From positions 868,001 to 932,000 of the forward strand of contig MU004187.1 in assembly GCA_010093605.1 (NCBI GenBank): a stretch of DNA of 64,000 nucleotides. The letters are read 5' to 3'. Source of the stretch: Lophium mytilinum. Taxonomy: Eukaryota. This document shows, in pieces, positions 50,312 to 63,055 of the stretch (positions are counted from its first letter, which is position 1; each line of letters begins with the position of its first letter). The notes below the pieces were generated by a model. That model saw only the letters and a list, made by a program, of their open reading frames with translations. It did not search any database and was not told the DNA's origin. The translations under genes were made by a program, and so were the position numbers.

Positions 50312-52170
50312 ATGCTTGCCAGGGCCGCTGCTCGCGCCGTCAAGGCTCGGCCAGCGCCGCCATCCCCATTTCCCGCTGGAGCTGCATCGACGCAATGGAT
50401 ACGACGCTACGCAAGAGACGACAAGCCTCGCCCGCCCCCGAGGAAGCCATCACACGGCGAGTCTGGACGGAGGAATGCTGGTAACGACTATACCTGGAAG
50501 CCGGCGCAGCCCATAAACTTCGCGACCGCCAAGACCGCCGCAGAAAAGGCGGCTGCAGAGCGCACACAATCACCTCCACAAAGCCGAAACACATCGCAAG
50601 ATGGCCAGTTCTCGAGTCAGCAGCCAGAGTACGATGCGGGTGCGATTCCAGAGAGGAATACAGTGCAATATGGACGAGCCAAGGCGACGGAGCGCGTAAG
50701 AAGCCCGCAAGAAGAATTCAGTACAGCACAGGACGAGTTCAGTGGTCCCAAATCCTCGAAAGCAAACACCGCACCTACTACGGACGGAGTAGACGAGCCT
50801 GCAGCACCGAGTGGGCCATTGCCAGACCTGCGCCAAGGCATCCCCTCGACGTTTGCCGCCGAATTCGGTGCAGAGGACGCAAAGCCATCCCAAAAGGCCA
50901 GCGAGCAAGAGAGCAAAATCAATGAGTCCGTAGAAGAGCCAGAACCTGCGGCTGGAGGTCCCGGTGGTGGTCGTGGGAGTGGTGATTTGCCCAAGTCCGC
51001 ATTCGAGACATCCGTCGACCGGAGGAGAAACAAGGTCGCGAACTACTCCTACCTAATGGCCCTAGTATTTGGACTCACTGGAGCTGTGTTCCTGGGCCGG
51101 CCTTGGGAGAGCGAAGAAGAGGCAGCACAACATCCCGACATCTCTTCAAGCTGGAACGTCACGACAATGTACGAGCGCGCGAAGGCCCGCATGTCAGGCC
51201 AGATGAGCTACTACACCGAGCCAACGTTCCCCAAATTGCTGCCAGAAATGGACCCGCGACCCCCCTATACTCTAGTCCTGAGTTTGGAAGACATGCTTGT
51301 CCACAGTGAATGGACGAGCAAGAATGGGTGGCGGACGGCCAAGCGACCTGGCGTGGATTACTTCATCCGGTACTTGAGCCAATACTACGAACTGGTCATC
51401 TTCACCAGCCTTCCTATGCAAGTAGCGGAGCCCGTCATCAAGAAACTGGACCCTTTCCACATTGTGATGTGGCCCTTGTTCCGGGAAGCTACTCGCTATG
51501 AGAAGGGCGAATACATCAAGGTACAATTCCCCCTGCTACCCCTATAGTCCCAATCCAACTAACTCGTCCGTAGGATCTCTCCTACCTCAACCGCGACCTC
51601 TCCAAAACTCTCATCATCGACACTAAGGCCTCTCACACTAAATACCAGCCCTCCAACGCCATCATCCTGCCCCCGTGGGACGGCACACCTGGCGATCGCA
51701 AACTCGTCTCCCTCATCCCCTTCCTCGAACACATTGCCACCATGGGCATCCAAGACGTCCGGAAAGCCATCGAGTCCTTCGAAGGCGCCGATATCCCCAC
51801 CGAATTCGCGATTCGGGAGACACGCGCCCGTGAAAAGTTCAAGGCGGAGCTTGATGCGGAGCGGGCCAAGCGACCCAAGCACAGCGCCGCAGGCTGGCTG
51901 ATTGGTGCGTTAGGCATGAAGGGAGGCCACCAAGGTGGCATGGTGGTTGGCGAAAAGACGGTTTCCGAGGGGCTCGCGGAGGGCAAGATGCTGAGTGATC
52001 AGATCCGCGAGCAAGGAATTAAGGCGTACGAGGCCATGGAGAAGCAGATTCGGGAGAATGGAGAGGCGTGGCTGAAGGAGATGGCCGAGGAGGAGAAGAA
52101 GATGCAGGAGGAGCAGATCAAGAGTATGAAAAGTGGCATGACGGGGTGGTTTGGGGGGAAGAAGGAGTAG
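50312..52170 (+). CDS. TIM50: Mitochondrial import inner membrane translocase subunit Tim50
   Basis: Arg-rich presequence, single TM, NIF/FCP1-like domain (YTLVLSLEDMLVHSEW, GWRTAKRPGVDYF, LFREATRY..KDLSYLNRDLSK). Intron 51521-51573. Confidence 0.95.
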
Positions 52171-53207
52171 GGAAAAGGTCTAATTCAGTCTTGTCTCTTG
52201 AGATTCTCGAGAGAATAGCAGAAAACGGAGAGGAGGAGTGGTGGCTGTACTATTTTCCTGTAAGAGGTGAGTTGTCGTACGATGGCGGGGATGACATCAA
52301 ATCCACTCTTTGTTGCGGGTAGCATGGGCATCACCTGGCGTTGTTGTCGTTTGGGTCTGTAACATAACTCACGGATGATTCATGCCCCCGAACTTGGTGC
52401 AACTGGCGGCAGTAAACTGGGCCACTAGCCTTCAAGCACTGAACGTGACATCGCCAGAACTGGACGATGCATGCAGTTGATTAACCTGTGGAAATGAGAG
52501 CCGCTATGAAACAGTAATACTCCCAGAGTACTATTTTTAGTCGCCGCTTACTACCTTCACGAAGTACATAATGTCACGTGACCATAAACTCTCGAGCGAT
52601 TACGGAATATCGTTTAAGGCCACAGGGCGGTTTTTAGACTGTTCAAGGTTAATGGGATTGGAGGTATCAAGATCAGCGATGAGGATGCAGATGGATCAGA
52701 TTGAGTCATGCATGGCATAGAAGTATGAAAGCCTCAGTCGTGAGAACTGCCTGCCCCAAGAGTGCTTTCAAAGTAGCCAGTCAGTGCTCTCGATTTTGTT
52801 TCCTATCGACTGAGACAGTGTAACGCATAGGCGCCCGTACTCTCGGACCCCCGCCATGCCATCACGCCTCTTCAACCTTCAATTTCGAGCTGACTTCGTA
52901 CTTTCGTACCCTGGTACACGCTAGCAGCCCCGCTGCGTAGCTTGTACCTAGAACGTTAAGTATTATCTCCGAGCATCCTTATAAATCGACGTCACTCCCC
53001 ACCCCGTCTCGACATCGTGAGCTCTTTCAAACTCCTTCGTGCATTTCTCCGATGAGTGGCTACGGACTTCTCCGCTACTCCCGCAATCTCCAGTCTGTTC
53101 TGAACATCCAGAGCGGTAAAAATCGCGCTTCCCGCTGCCACCGTGACGCTTGCAAACCCCAACCTTTTCAAACCACTCGACGATTTCAAAGCCAAGCTGC
53201 TGCAAAC

Positions 53208-54469
53208 ATGGCGTTGAACATCAACTCCAGCTACAAGCTGAACTCGGGCTACGAGATACCCATTTTAGGATATGGCGTAAGTTGGAGTCTATTTCGCAGC
53301 GACTGCCGGGCGTTCCTCCAGCTCTAGACCTGATCTCCCCGCACCTCAACATCAATTATATCGATCTATCACATTTCCACCTCTCTTAGTCCTCTCCTTA
53401 TTCAAACCAAGATCTTCCAACCGCTCTCAATAGCTATCCCCTTCTCGAAGTTCTCAATCACATGACCGCTGCCCACCCCTCTCCAAAGCCCTACTAATAT
53501 CCCCTCCAGGTCTACCAAACGTAATTCCCCTCTCCCTCTCCCCCCATTCTCCCTACTAAACCCCCAGCCCCGCCGACATAACCGAATCCGTCGTCACCCA
53601 CGCCCTACAAACCGGCTACCGCCACATCGACTCCGCCGTCGCCTACCGCAACGAAAAGCCGTCGGCCGCCGCACTGCTCAAATCAAGCCTCCCCCGCAGC
53701 TCCGTCTTCTTCACCACCAAAGTCCCGCCAAAGGATCTTGGTTACGACAGCGCCAAGGCCCACATCGCCGAGAGCCTCTCCATCACGGGCCTCGACTACA
53801 TCGACCTCTACCTCCTACACGCGCCGTACGGCGGCAAAGAGGCGCGGCTCGGGGCGTGGAAGGCGCTAGTCGAGGGGGTGGCGGCCGGGAAGATCCGGAG
53901 CATTGGGGTGAGTAATTATGGGGTGCATCATCTGGAGGAGTTGGAGGCGTGGATTAAGGAGGTGGATGGGAGGGAGGGGGCGGGGAAGGGGGGTGTTTTG
54001 AGTGTGAATCAGGTGGAGCTGCATCCGTGGTTGCCGAGGGATGATATTGTGGGATGGTGTAAGGCGAGGAGGGTTGTTGTCGAGGTAAGTTGATGCGGAG
54101 ACGTGGTGCGATAGGGAGTGCTAATGTTTGGTGGGGGCAGGCGTATTGTCCGATTGTTCGTGCTACGAAGGCGGAAGACCCGCTGCTGCTGCCGCTGGCG
54201 AAGAAGTATAATAAATCTACTTCGCAGATTTTGCTGAGGTGGAGTTTGCAGAAGGTAGGTCTATCCAATCTATTGCTCTGCTAGCAACGGCTGATGAGTC
54301 ACACCTACTGCAGGGCTTCGTCCCCCTTCCCAAGTCCGTAACCCCCTCGCGGATCGAGGAAAATGCCGCTCTTTACGACTTCGAGCTCTCGGACGCTGAA
54401 ATGAAATCCCTGGATATAGACGGGGTATATGAGCCCTGTGCGTGGGACCCGACGGTTAGCAGTGATTAA
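53208..54469 (+). CDS. Aldo-keto reductase (multi-exon, with an 11-nt micro-exon)
   Basis: LNSGYEIPILGYG|VYQT, GYRHIDSA..YRNE, FFTTK, DYIDLYLLHAP, IRSIGVSNYG, NQVELHPW and LPKSVTPSRI. Micro-exon 53510-53520. In-frame upstream ATG at 53052. Confidence 0.93.
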
Positions 54470-54649
54470 ATTGTATATAGGACGTAGTAGCGTTGTTTCC
54501 AAAACATTACTACAATAATAAATTAAATTGACGAGATCTGCAAAGGTGTTAGCGTGCGGAATTAGGCCTTACCTCACCAAACTGCATCACCAAATTGCAT
54601 CACCAAATCGCACCACTAAATTGCATTACTATAGGAAATGCCTGAACCG

Positions 54650-55100
54650 TTTAATACCAGGGCAAGCGCAAGAGCTTTTGGAGGGCAGGGTAGCAATAGA
54701 AGACCCACCTCGATAGTAGAGGGTCTGAAAAAGGCTGTGACGTCGAAAATTAGACTTTAATCAAGTTTATTGCTAGACGGCACCCAATTTCTCACACGTG
54801 GAATACTAGGTCATCTGGATATGCGTTTGAAGGATTGAATACTGTTGAAGACGCCCCTGGATGGTGGAAGATTTGAAAAATGTGAATGTAAGGAGTGAGA
54901 TGTTGGAAATTAGATCTCAATTAACCATGATGCTGGACGACTACAATCTCTCCTACGTGCAATTTGGGTCCTTTGGGCATACGTCTCAAGGGCTAGATAC
55001 CAACAAAGATGTCCCTGAACGGTAAAAGATTTGAGAACGTGAATGTGAAGGTAGTAAGTTCGAGCATTAGACTTGCGTCTCTACACCAAACTAGCGAACC
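54650..55100 (+). repeat. Short array (~3 units) of the ~160-bp satellite family
   Basis: GAAGAC-like anchors at 54699, 54847 and 55005, each followed by ..GAATGT..AATTAGA. Reverse complement of the 56690-57570 units. Confidence 0.7.
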
Positions 55101-55498
55101 AATCACAACGCACCACTCCCCCGTCCCCCGTCCTCCTAAAAATCACGGCGAGGGTTTGTACCGTCGGCGCTTCGAAATGGAGGGTACTGGTGGCAAATTG
55201 GACGAGAACCGGCATTGGGAAACAATATTCTGCGAAATGTAGATGCCGCCGGGGCCATTCTGACCGCTTTCTGACACCTCGATGCATTCTGACAGCTTTC
55301 TGACACGGTGACCGAACTAGGAGGAATAGTCAGTCCGATACTTTAGTCAATGCAATTGAGAGGAACCTTTCGCACTTTCACATAAAACAGGAGTATCTCT
55401 GGAATATAGAAGTATCTGCATAGTCAACACGAAGCAATCTACCATCCAAAAATACCCAACTCCAAACCTTTCCCCAAAAGATCATCAATCCTATCACC

Positions 55499-56655
55499 AT
55501 GTCGAACCCCATCCGCATTGGCCTCGTCGGCCTCTCGAAGGGCAACTACATGGGCGGGTAAGAGCTCCATCTCCTCCGCCCTTGCTCCACTTGTCACTGA
55601 CACTCCCCAGCTCATGGGCCGCCACCGCCCACCACCCCTATCTCACCACCTCCCCCCACTACAAGATCACCGCTCTCCAAAACAGCTCTACCGCGTCCGC
55701 CAAAGCCGCAGCATCCACCTTCGGCCTCCCAGACGTCGCCTGCTACGGCGACCCCTCGTCCATCGCCAACGACCCGAACGTCGACCTCGTCGCCGTCTCC
55801 GTCAAAGTCCCCGAGCACTACAAGCTCATCGAGCCAGCGCTCCGCGCCGGGAAGGCCGTCTTCAGCGAATGGCCGCTCGCCGCGAACCTCGCCGACGCCG
55901 AGGCGCTGACGGCACTCGCGGCCGAGATGAAAGCGAAGACGATAGTCGGGCTGCAGGGGCGGCAGTCGCCCGCTGTACGCAAAGCGAAAGAGATGATTGA
56001 GGCGGGGGAGCTGGGCGAGATCCTGGGGAGCACCATGTCGGGAACGTGGATGCTGCAGGGCGCTATGATGCCCGAGTTCTTCGCGTACGGGATGGATATC
56101 GAGGCTGGGGTGAACATAGTCACGGTGTTGCTCGGGCACGCGATTGATGCGTTCTGCTACGTCTTGGGCGAGTTCGAGGGCGTGCAGGCAGCGCTGGTGA
56201 ACAATCGGCCGCAGGTGACGTTGGTGGACGGGAAGGGACAGGCGCTGAGGACGGTGGAGAAGACGATTCATGATCGGGTTTCTGTGCAGGGGAAGTTGAA
56301 GAATGGGGGCTTGGGGACGGTGGTGTATGAGGCGGAGAAGTCGAATACTGGGAAGGCGTTCTACTGGGAGATTGATGGGACGAAGGGGAGCTTGGTGTTG
56401 GAGGGTGGTGATGGGAGTATTCAGATGATGGCCCCGACTTTGAAGTTTGCGTCGAGGGAGCCGGGGGCGGAGTTGAAGAGTGTTGAGATCGAGGATGGGA
56501 GTGCCATCTCCTACAATGTGGGGAGGCAATACGATGTGTTTGCTGGCAAGGAGAATGGGTCTTTCACGACGTTCGAGGATGCTCTGGTGAGGCATCGCAT
56601 GATCGCAGCTATTTACAAAAGCGACCAGAACGGCACGAGGGAGTCCTATGTCTGA
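55499..56655 (+). CDS. Gfo/Idh/MocA family NAD(P)-binding oxidoreductase (Gal80-like fold)
   Basis: PIRIGLVGLS, SWAATAHHPYL, VDLVAVSVKVPEHY, GKAVFSEWPLA and IVGLQGR. Intron 55558-55610. Confidence 0.92.
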
Positions 56656-56689
56656 TATAGGACGCTACATCCTTTACATTCCTTTTTCC

Positions 56690-57570
56690 AAATTTCGTAC
56701 CTCTCAGGGGGGTCTTTCATTGGTATCCAACGTGTCAAACTGCTCATGCACATGTCTTAATCGTGGACGTCCAGGCGAAGAGGTACGCTGCATCTATCTG
56801 CGTGACTGATGTCAAATATACAACGTTACAATCTTTACATTCACAATAGTCAAATGCTACAACCCTCGGGGGAGTCTTCCATCGGTATCCAATGTTTCAA
56901 ATCGCTCGTACACATGCCTTAATCGTGGATGTGTAGGAAAGGAGGTGCGCTACAGCCATCTGCGTGACCAATGTCCAATTCACAATGTAACAACCTTTGC
57001 ATTGACCGTATTGGAAAGCTCCAACCCCCGGGGGCGTTTTTCATCGGTATTCAAACTCGCAAAGCGAATATATGCTTGACCTGATCTTAGAGGTGCAGGA
57101 AAAGAGAGGCGCTGCAGCATCATGTATAACCACTGTCCAGTTCACAGCGCTACGACCTTTACATTCACGGTACGTCAAAGCTCCAACGCCCAGGGGGGTC
57201 TTCCATCGGTATCTAACCCAGCAAACTGTATCCAAACTTGGTCTGATTTTGGAGGGACAGGAAAAAGGGGGCGCTGCAGCAATCCGCGTAACTAACGTCA
57301 AGTTTACAGTGTTGTAACCTTGACATTCAGGTTTCTTAACCCTCCAACACCCAGGGGGGTCTTCCATCGGTATCTACCCCCGCAAAACGTAGGTATAGCT
57401 GACCTAATATCAGAAGTGCAAGAGAAGAGGTGCGCTGTACCAATCCAATTAATATATGTCCAGTTCACGGCGTTATAGCCTTGACATTCACGTTCTCCAA
57501 TTATCTAACATCCAGGGGCGTCTTCCGTTGGTATACAGCCCCGGAAAACGTATGTATATATAGCCTAATA
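56690..57570 (-). repeat. Array of ~6 units (161-162 bp) of the same satellite family, inverted orientation
   Basis: GGGGTCTTCCATCGGTATC-type motif, with GGTAT at 56722, 56884, 57046, 57208, 57369 and 57530. Confidence 0.9.
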
Positions 57571-58002
57571 TATAGAAGAGAGAAATATAGGGGTCTACGC
57601 AGCGTAATAGTTACAAGAACGTGTGTTAGTTGCTATTTATACTAAAAGTAGCTAGCTTTAATAAATAGCATTACTTACAACTTACTTCCTAAGTAGTAGT
57701 TATAAGATCTAGTATTAGCTACAAGTTCTACCCTAAGGGTTAGTTATAATAGACCCGATTAGTTATATATTCTTCCCTAAGCGTTAGTTAGAAAATATAA
57801 TATTAGTGCAATAGTTATATCATCACAACATTTACTATAAGTTCCAAGTTAAACAACAAGTTACTACGTTCTGTAGCAAACAAGGGCCCATTGCGGCCAC
57901 GCTTAGTATCTATATCGTACAAAAACCACCCATAAACGGGCCTGAACCCCCCTCTCTCGCTCCACAAACCCCCCAATCCACCATTCATCCCCACCCCACA
58001 GC

Positions 58003-59352
58003 TCACCCCAGCGCCTCCACATTGTTCCTATACGCCGACCACGTCCGGGACCCCGCCATGCCCACCGGCCTCGCTATCACCACTCTTCCGCCCCTGTTTG
58101 TCACTAGGACGCGTTCCGCCGCCAACATCGCGCGTACACCAAGCAAGGGGATAAAGTAGCCACCTGGGCGGTACGCCTCCTGCGGTTCTAGCACTACTAC
58201 CTCCTCTAGCTGCAGATCGCTCCGCATTCCGTCCAGAACATTGCCTAACTGTTGGAAGATGCCGGACGCCAGGTGCAGGACACGCAGCGTGGCGGCGTGC
58301 TGGGCCAAGTAGGCCCTCAGCGGGGCGTCGTCTGTCGCAAACTGTGCCAGCTTGAGGGTCTTTAGGTACTGGAAGCAGATGTGGGAGATTGAGGGGAGCC
58401 AGCCACGCACGGTGGTGCTCACGGGTTGGCCGAAGCGGGGGCGCTCGGAGGGGAAGGTTAGGTCCAAAGTGGTGAGATTTGGGGCCAAAGCCAGGAAGCC
58501 TGGGAGGTGGGTGACGGGCGTACTTCCGGCCATAATGAGGGCTCTTTGCTTCTCGATGGTCAAGCTGAGGGTCTCGAGGCCGCGGAGGGCTGACCTGATG
58601 TACTCGTGGTTGCACCTGAAGGCTTCGAGGCCGAGGGGGGCGGCAGTGGTCTTCAGTTCCTTCAGATGAAGGCCCGATTCGGAGACGGCGGCGAGGATGT
58701 GTGCCAACAAGCTACGGTGGCGGTAGTAGTCGTACAGGTCCGGGATCTTGCTCTGCGCTTCGTCTAGGACCTTCTGCGCCGTAATGCCTGGCCACATGGG
58801 GTGCGGATCTCGTTTGAAGTTCTTGATGTCGCGGAAGTTCATGGGCGCGTGAATTCCGATCGACTCCACCTTGCTAAGCTTTTGAAGGCTATCAAGCAGA
58901 AGTTCGTACATAGATTCGTTGTTGAGGGCACGTTCCTGGTCCTTGAACATCTTCTTGTAGGCTTTCAAGGCAGCACGGCGGCGATCTTTCCCTCTCTTGG
59001 TGCGTGCTTCATCAACCCATTCCCTGAGAGCTGCAACTCCGTCCTCGTGCAGCCTCTCCGTGCCAAAAGTAAGGCTCCGGATGTTCTCGGCGGCAGCATT
59101 GTTCTCGGAAATGTCGTGGAGGCGTTCAAGACTACAACCCACGAGGCGAAAGGGACCGGGGGTGATGCGGAATCCGAAGGCACGCCAGGCGGCTGCTTCG
59201 AGGCTGCGGCAAACGAGGCGGACGTTTTGAATGTCGCGGAAGTCGTCGAGGTGGTCGTTGATGAGCTCTAGGATCTCGAGCGGCTGGTTGGGAAGCGTGG
59301 CCAGCGGATTCTCGGCGCTGTACACGATGACGCGACGTGAACGTGGTGCCAT
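58003..59352 (-). CDS. F-box protein with LRR/RNI-like C-terminus
   Basis: N-terminal LPNQPLEILELINDHL..DIQNVRLVCRSL F-box, then repeated L..L.L units (LETLSL, LTTLDL, LKTLKL, LRVLHL). Intronless. Confidence 0.82.
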   Translation of the reverse strand: MAPRSRRVIVYSAENPLATLPNQPLEILELINDHLDDFRDIQNVRLVCRSLEAAAWRAFGFRITPGPFRLVGCSLERLHDISENNAAAENIRSLTFGTERLHEDGVAALREWVDEARTKRGKDRRRAALKAYKKMFKDQERALNNESMYELLLDSLQKLSKVESIGIHAPMNFRDIKNFKRDPHPMWPGITAQKVLDEAQSKIPDLYDYYRHRSLLAHILAAVSESGLHLKELKTTAAPLGLEAFRCNHEYIRSALRGLETLSLTIEKQRALIMAGSTPVTHLPGFLALAPNLTTLDLTFPSERPRFGQPVSTTVRGWLPSISHICFQYLKTLKLAQFATDDAPLRAYLAQHAATLRVLHLASGIFQQLGNVLDGMRSDLQLEEVVVLEPQEAYRPGGYFIPLLGVRAMLAAERVLVTNRGGRVVIARPVGMAGSRTWSAYRNNVEALG

Positions 59353-60142
59353 TGCTGCTGTTAAGAGCGAGCGCTGCGATGAAAGGAGATGATTTGAGAG
59401 ATGTTGTGAAGTTGGTGCTGTGTTGTGTTTTGGAGCTGGTGACGTGTTGTGGAGTCTGTGATGAAGTGACGGTGAAGCACGACGCTCGTGACGGCGAAGC
59501 TCTCAACGAAAGACGGGCGGGTCATGTGAACAGAAAGCGGCAGTCCACGAGCCCGTCGCTCTATAGGAAACGAGCATGTACCTCAATAGGTTTACACTCA
59601 CTGTAGGCTGCGTACGCTTGTCTAGCACTGCCTGAGGTCCTCTGCTGCGTTATTGAAAACTGGAAAGCAACAGTCTTGACACGCCTGACAGCTCTCTGGG
59701 CCACCTCAGACGGCGTCAAAGCAGACTACCCCTTCAATTCAAGGAAGACACAAGCCGCACTGTCCACGAATGCGTACGGAATATTTTTCTGAGAACATCC
59801 CAACGTTCACAAATATACCTTGCCTGTGTACACTGACCTAGCACTGTTTGAGATCCTCCAGTACATCATCGGAGTTATGCTACAACAGTTCTGACGAGGC
59901 TGATAGCTCTCTGAGCCACTTCAGACGGCGGTATTGGACTGCCAGGAACATATGAATCCTCGCCACTGCACAAACTCAACACTTCTAGACCTCCCCTTTG
60001 CCCGCTCGATAGCATTGTCAGCAGCGGCCCACCTAGCAGGTAGCTGGTCGGCCAAGAAGTAATCTGAAACGGACGATGTATTCTTTGGATCTGTTAAGCT
60101 GACTGGAAAATACATTCCTTTCCATACAAACCACCGCACGCC

Positions 60143-61237
60143 CTATGTCTGACCAGAAAAGGACAGCTTTTCATTGCCCACAACCCCATTTAGGACATTC
60201 CCGATACCATCAACCTGACCATTGCCACCAGGCTGGATCACATTCGAGAACGCGGCAGCCATGACTTGGACCCCACTGACGAAGTCTTTCCCATCAAATT
60301 CGCAATGCCCGCCCTGCGGAGAGTTATCCACAGTCTGTAAGGCATTGATTTGATCAGTCGACAGACCCGCTGTAGTCGCGAGGCCCTCATACGCCACAAT
60401 TGCGCTCGGTATCGCCGGCTGTAGCAAAGCCAACTCATCCTGCGTACTCTGGAAATGGATTGTCGTACTCGATATCACAGCATCCGCATCCAAAAAGTTG
60501 ACCTGGGGCTCCAGCCCTCCGCAGTTCAACAGTATCCCCGTGCCCTGGAAACTCGTCATCTGTGCTGGTATGAAGAAGCCGCTGAGCAGCAGCGAGCCGC
60601 CCGAGACCCCGGTGAAGAAGACTCGCGATTTGTTGAATGCTACTACGCTCGGTAGTTCGTTCAGGATCAAGTCGTTCACGGCTTGAGAGTGGGCGACGCC
60701 GTCGGTTCGATTGAGCCCGCTGCCACCGCCCCAGAAGAGGTTGGGGTCCGGGGCGAGCATGACAACACCCATAAGATTTGCTTGGACCGCTTGATTTGGG
60801 AAGTCGAAGAAGGATTGGCCGCCGTCGCCGTGTAGGAGGACGTTGATGCCCATTGCTCCTACTGTACTGGGGTCTGCGGCACCGCCGTTCACGCCGGAGG
60901 TAGTCATGAATTGGTCTGCAGGGGCACTGACTTTGAAGCGCATGTCTAGGCCACTAGAAAGTCTTGTAAGCTCCTCATTCAAGGGTGCGACAAGGTCATC
61001 GCTGTGGGTTGGGGAATGTTACTTGACTGTCACGGTCTGATCGAGAATCGTGGACCCATCAGTCGCAGTTGACACGCCGCCTTTGATTTGGGCGGCTTGC
61101 TGCTGGGCCGTTGCCGCTTGAGTATCACCTCCGCCAGTGGTAGAGCTCGTCTTTTTCTGTCGTGGAGACGCTGCAGCCTGAGTATCCCAAAGACCCAGCA
61201 CGAGAAAGAGGATGGAGAAGCGATACTGAAATAACAT
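60143..61237 (-). CDS. Secreted alpha/beta-hydrolase-like protein
   Basis: Signal peptide, LLHGDGGQSF, GVSGG nucleophile elbow, C-terminal GGHC. Intron 60954-61022 joins TVN|GLDMRF. Confidence 0.78.
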
Positions 61238-62439
61238 ATTTACAAGTCAAAAAACGGACCGGCCGCTAGAGAGAAAGAGAAGAAGAAAATGAGGATCTGA
61301 ATGGTTTTGGATAGGTCTAGAAAGATGAAAATCATCAAGAGAGGGCATACTGCCTCTTCATAATGCGCGCCAAGACTCGTACCACGAAGCCCAAACCTGC
61401 CAAGCCAGCCAAGCAAACCCACCCCGCTGCCTCAAGGGCATTCTCACGAGAACCAAGACCTTCCGACGATGCACGGTAGTGCGGTCGGTTGGGGTGGTTT
61501 CAATATGAGGTTGGTGGAGCAGATGAGGTTTGAGGGAGTCTGTTCGGATGTTTCGGCGGCCCCCATGACCAGAAAGTGGCAGTCTAGGAATCTGGCATTT
61601 TATCATTTAAGTTCTTACTTAATAACGCTCTCACTCTAGATTTGTATAGCACTCTTTGAGCTCCTATAATACGCTATCTAAGTTATGAAATGACCCTTTC
61701 GACAATGCTGATAGCTTTCGAGCCACCTTCGACGATGTTGCATAAAAGTGCCACTTTACCTAGGTATGTGCAATTGAGCCTTGGCGGTGTACAACTTCAC
61801 GTCTGCCCACGACAAATCATCTTCGTTAATACTCTCTCTATCGAAAACCTGGCATGTTCATCTGTTACAAGATGGCGTCGTTTTAGAGAATGCTCCACGT
61901 CTCTGAACTCAAGGTCTCTCCTAGATGTTGGAGCTTCCGGCCTCGGGCCGCCGCCTAGGTAGCTAGGACCACAGTAGCATACTACTGATAAACCAGAACT
62001 TGCTTCTTTTAAAGCCATTTTCATTTCTGTTCTCATGGTTCTATGCCTCCTCATCCTTGACTTCATAACTAATCCAGCAAGTCCATCCGACACATCCAAC
62101 GCCTCCGCCGTCGTCTCCCTTGCACTGACCCTGCACAAAGCATCATGCAGCTTCCCCATCCTACCTAGTCTAGGAACCAGGGACGATCCCCCGGACGCCC
62201 CAACCGATCACCCGTCACCTTCACCAGATAACCGGCGGGGCCGCTAACGCTTATCAAGAGCTACCAGTCTTGCGGACCTTGGGATGACCTTCGCTTTGCA
62301 CAGAACGGGCAGTTACATGCGGCTGCGGGGGTCGGATGGGTAGCACAATGGATGTAGAGTGCGCGCTTTGTTTATTTGTACTTTCCGAGAATTCGAGGTA
62401 ACAGGGAAAGTACGGCTCTGCAGGATGCGGCTGTACTTA

Positions 62440-63017
62440 AAGGTTAGTAAAGGAACTGGACTAGACTAGAGTAGATTTCGCCTTAAATCCACTCCATCTA
62501 TAGCAATTTCTATAGAGCTCTAGAAGCTCTAGAAGCTCTATAATAGGGCTAAGGGTTACCTAAAATAGTTAGTAGCCTTCTAAATTAGTTTAGCGCTAAG
62601 ATATTCTAGAGTTAAGGTTTAGTAACTCTTTAATTTATATAGTTATTAATTAGCCTTTCTATTTTATATAGCTATTAATTAGCCTTTCTATTTTATATAG
62701 CTCTCTCTCTAGTTATTATTAGCTATTATAAATAAGTTATTTATTAAACTTAGTATTCTTAGCTACTCTATATACTATCTATAATAGCTATATTCTACTC
62801 TCTATATAGGTATATAGCTTATATACTATTATATAAGTAAGCTATTATATAACTACTATTAGTCTATATACTCTAGCTAAACTATAATCTTAAAGCTAGC
62901 GCCGCCCTAGCTTTTTATAGATTCTTTCTAGTTATAATTAATAATCTATTTTCTATAATACTTCTTTAGTTCTATAATACTAAAAATCTATCTTTCTTAC
63001 TTTAGAAAAGATAGAAG

Positions 63018-63055
<38 letters not shown>

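Noticed and set aside
61690..62440. Possible decayed gene beside the terminal RIP block
   Set aside because: Coding-like patches with stops but no identifiable motif.
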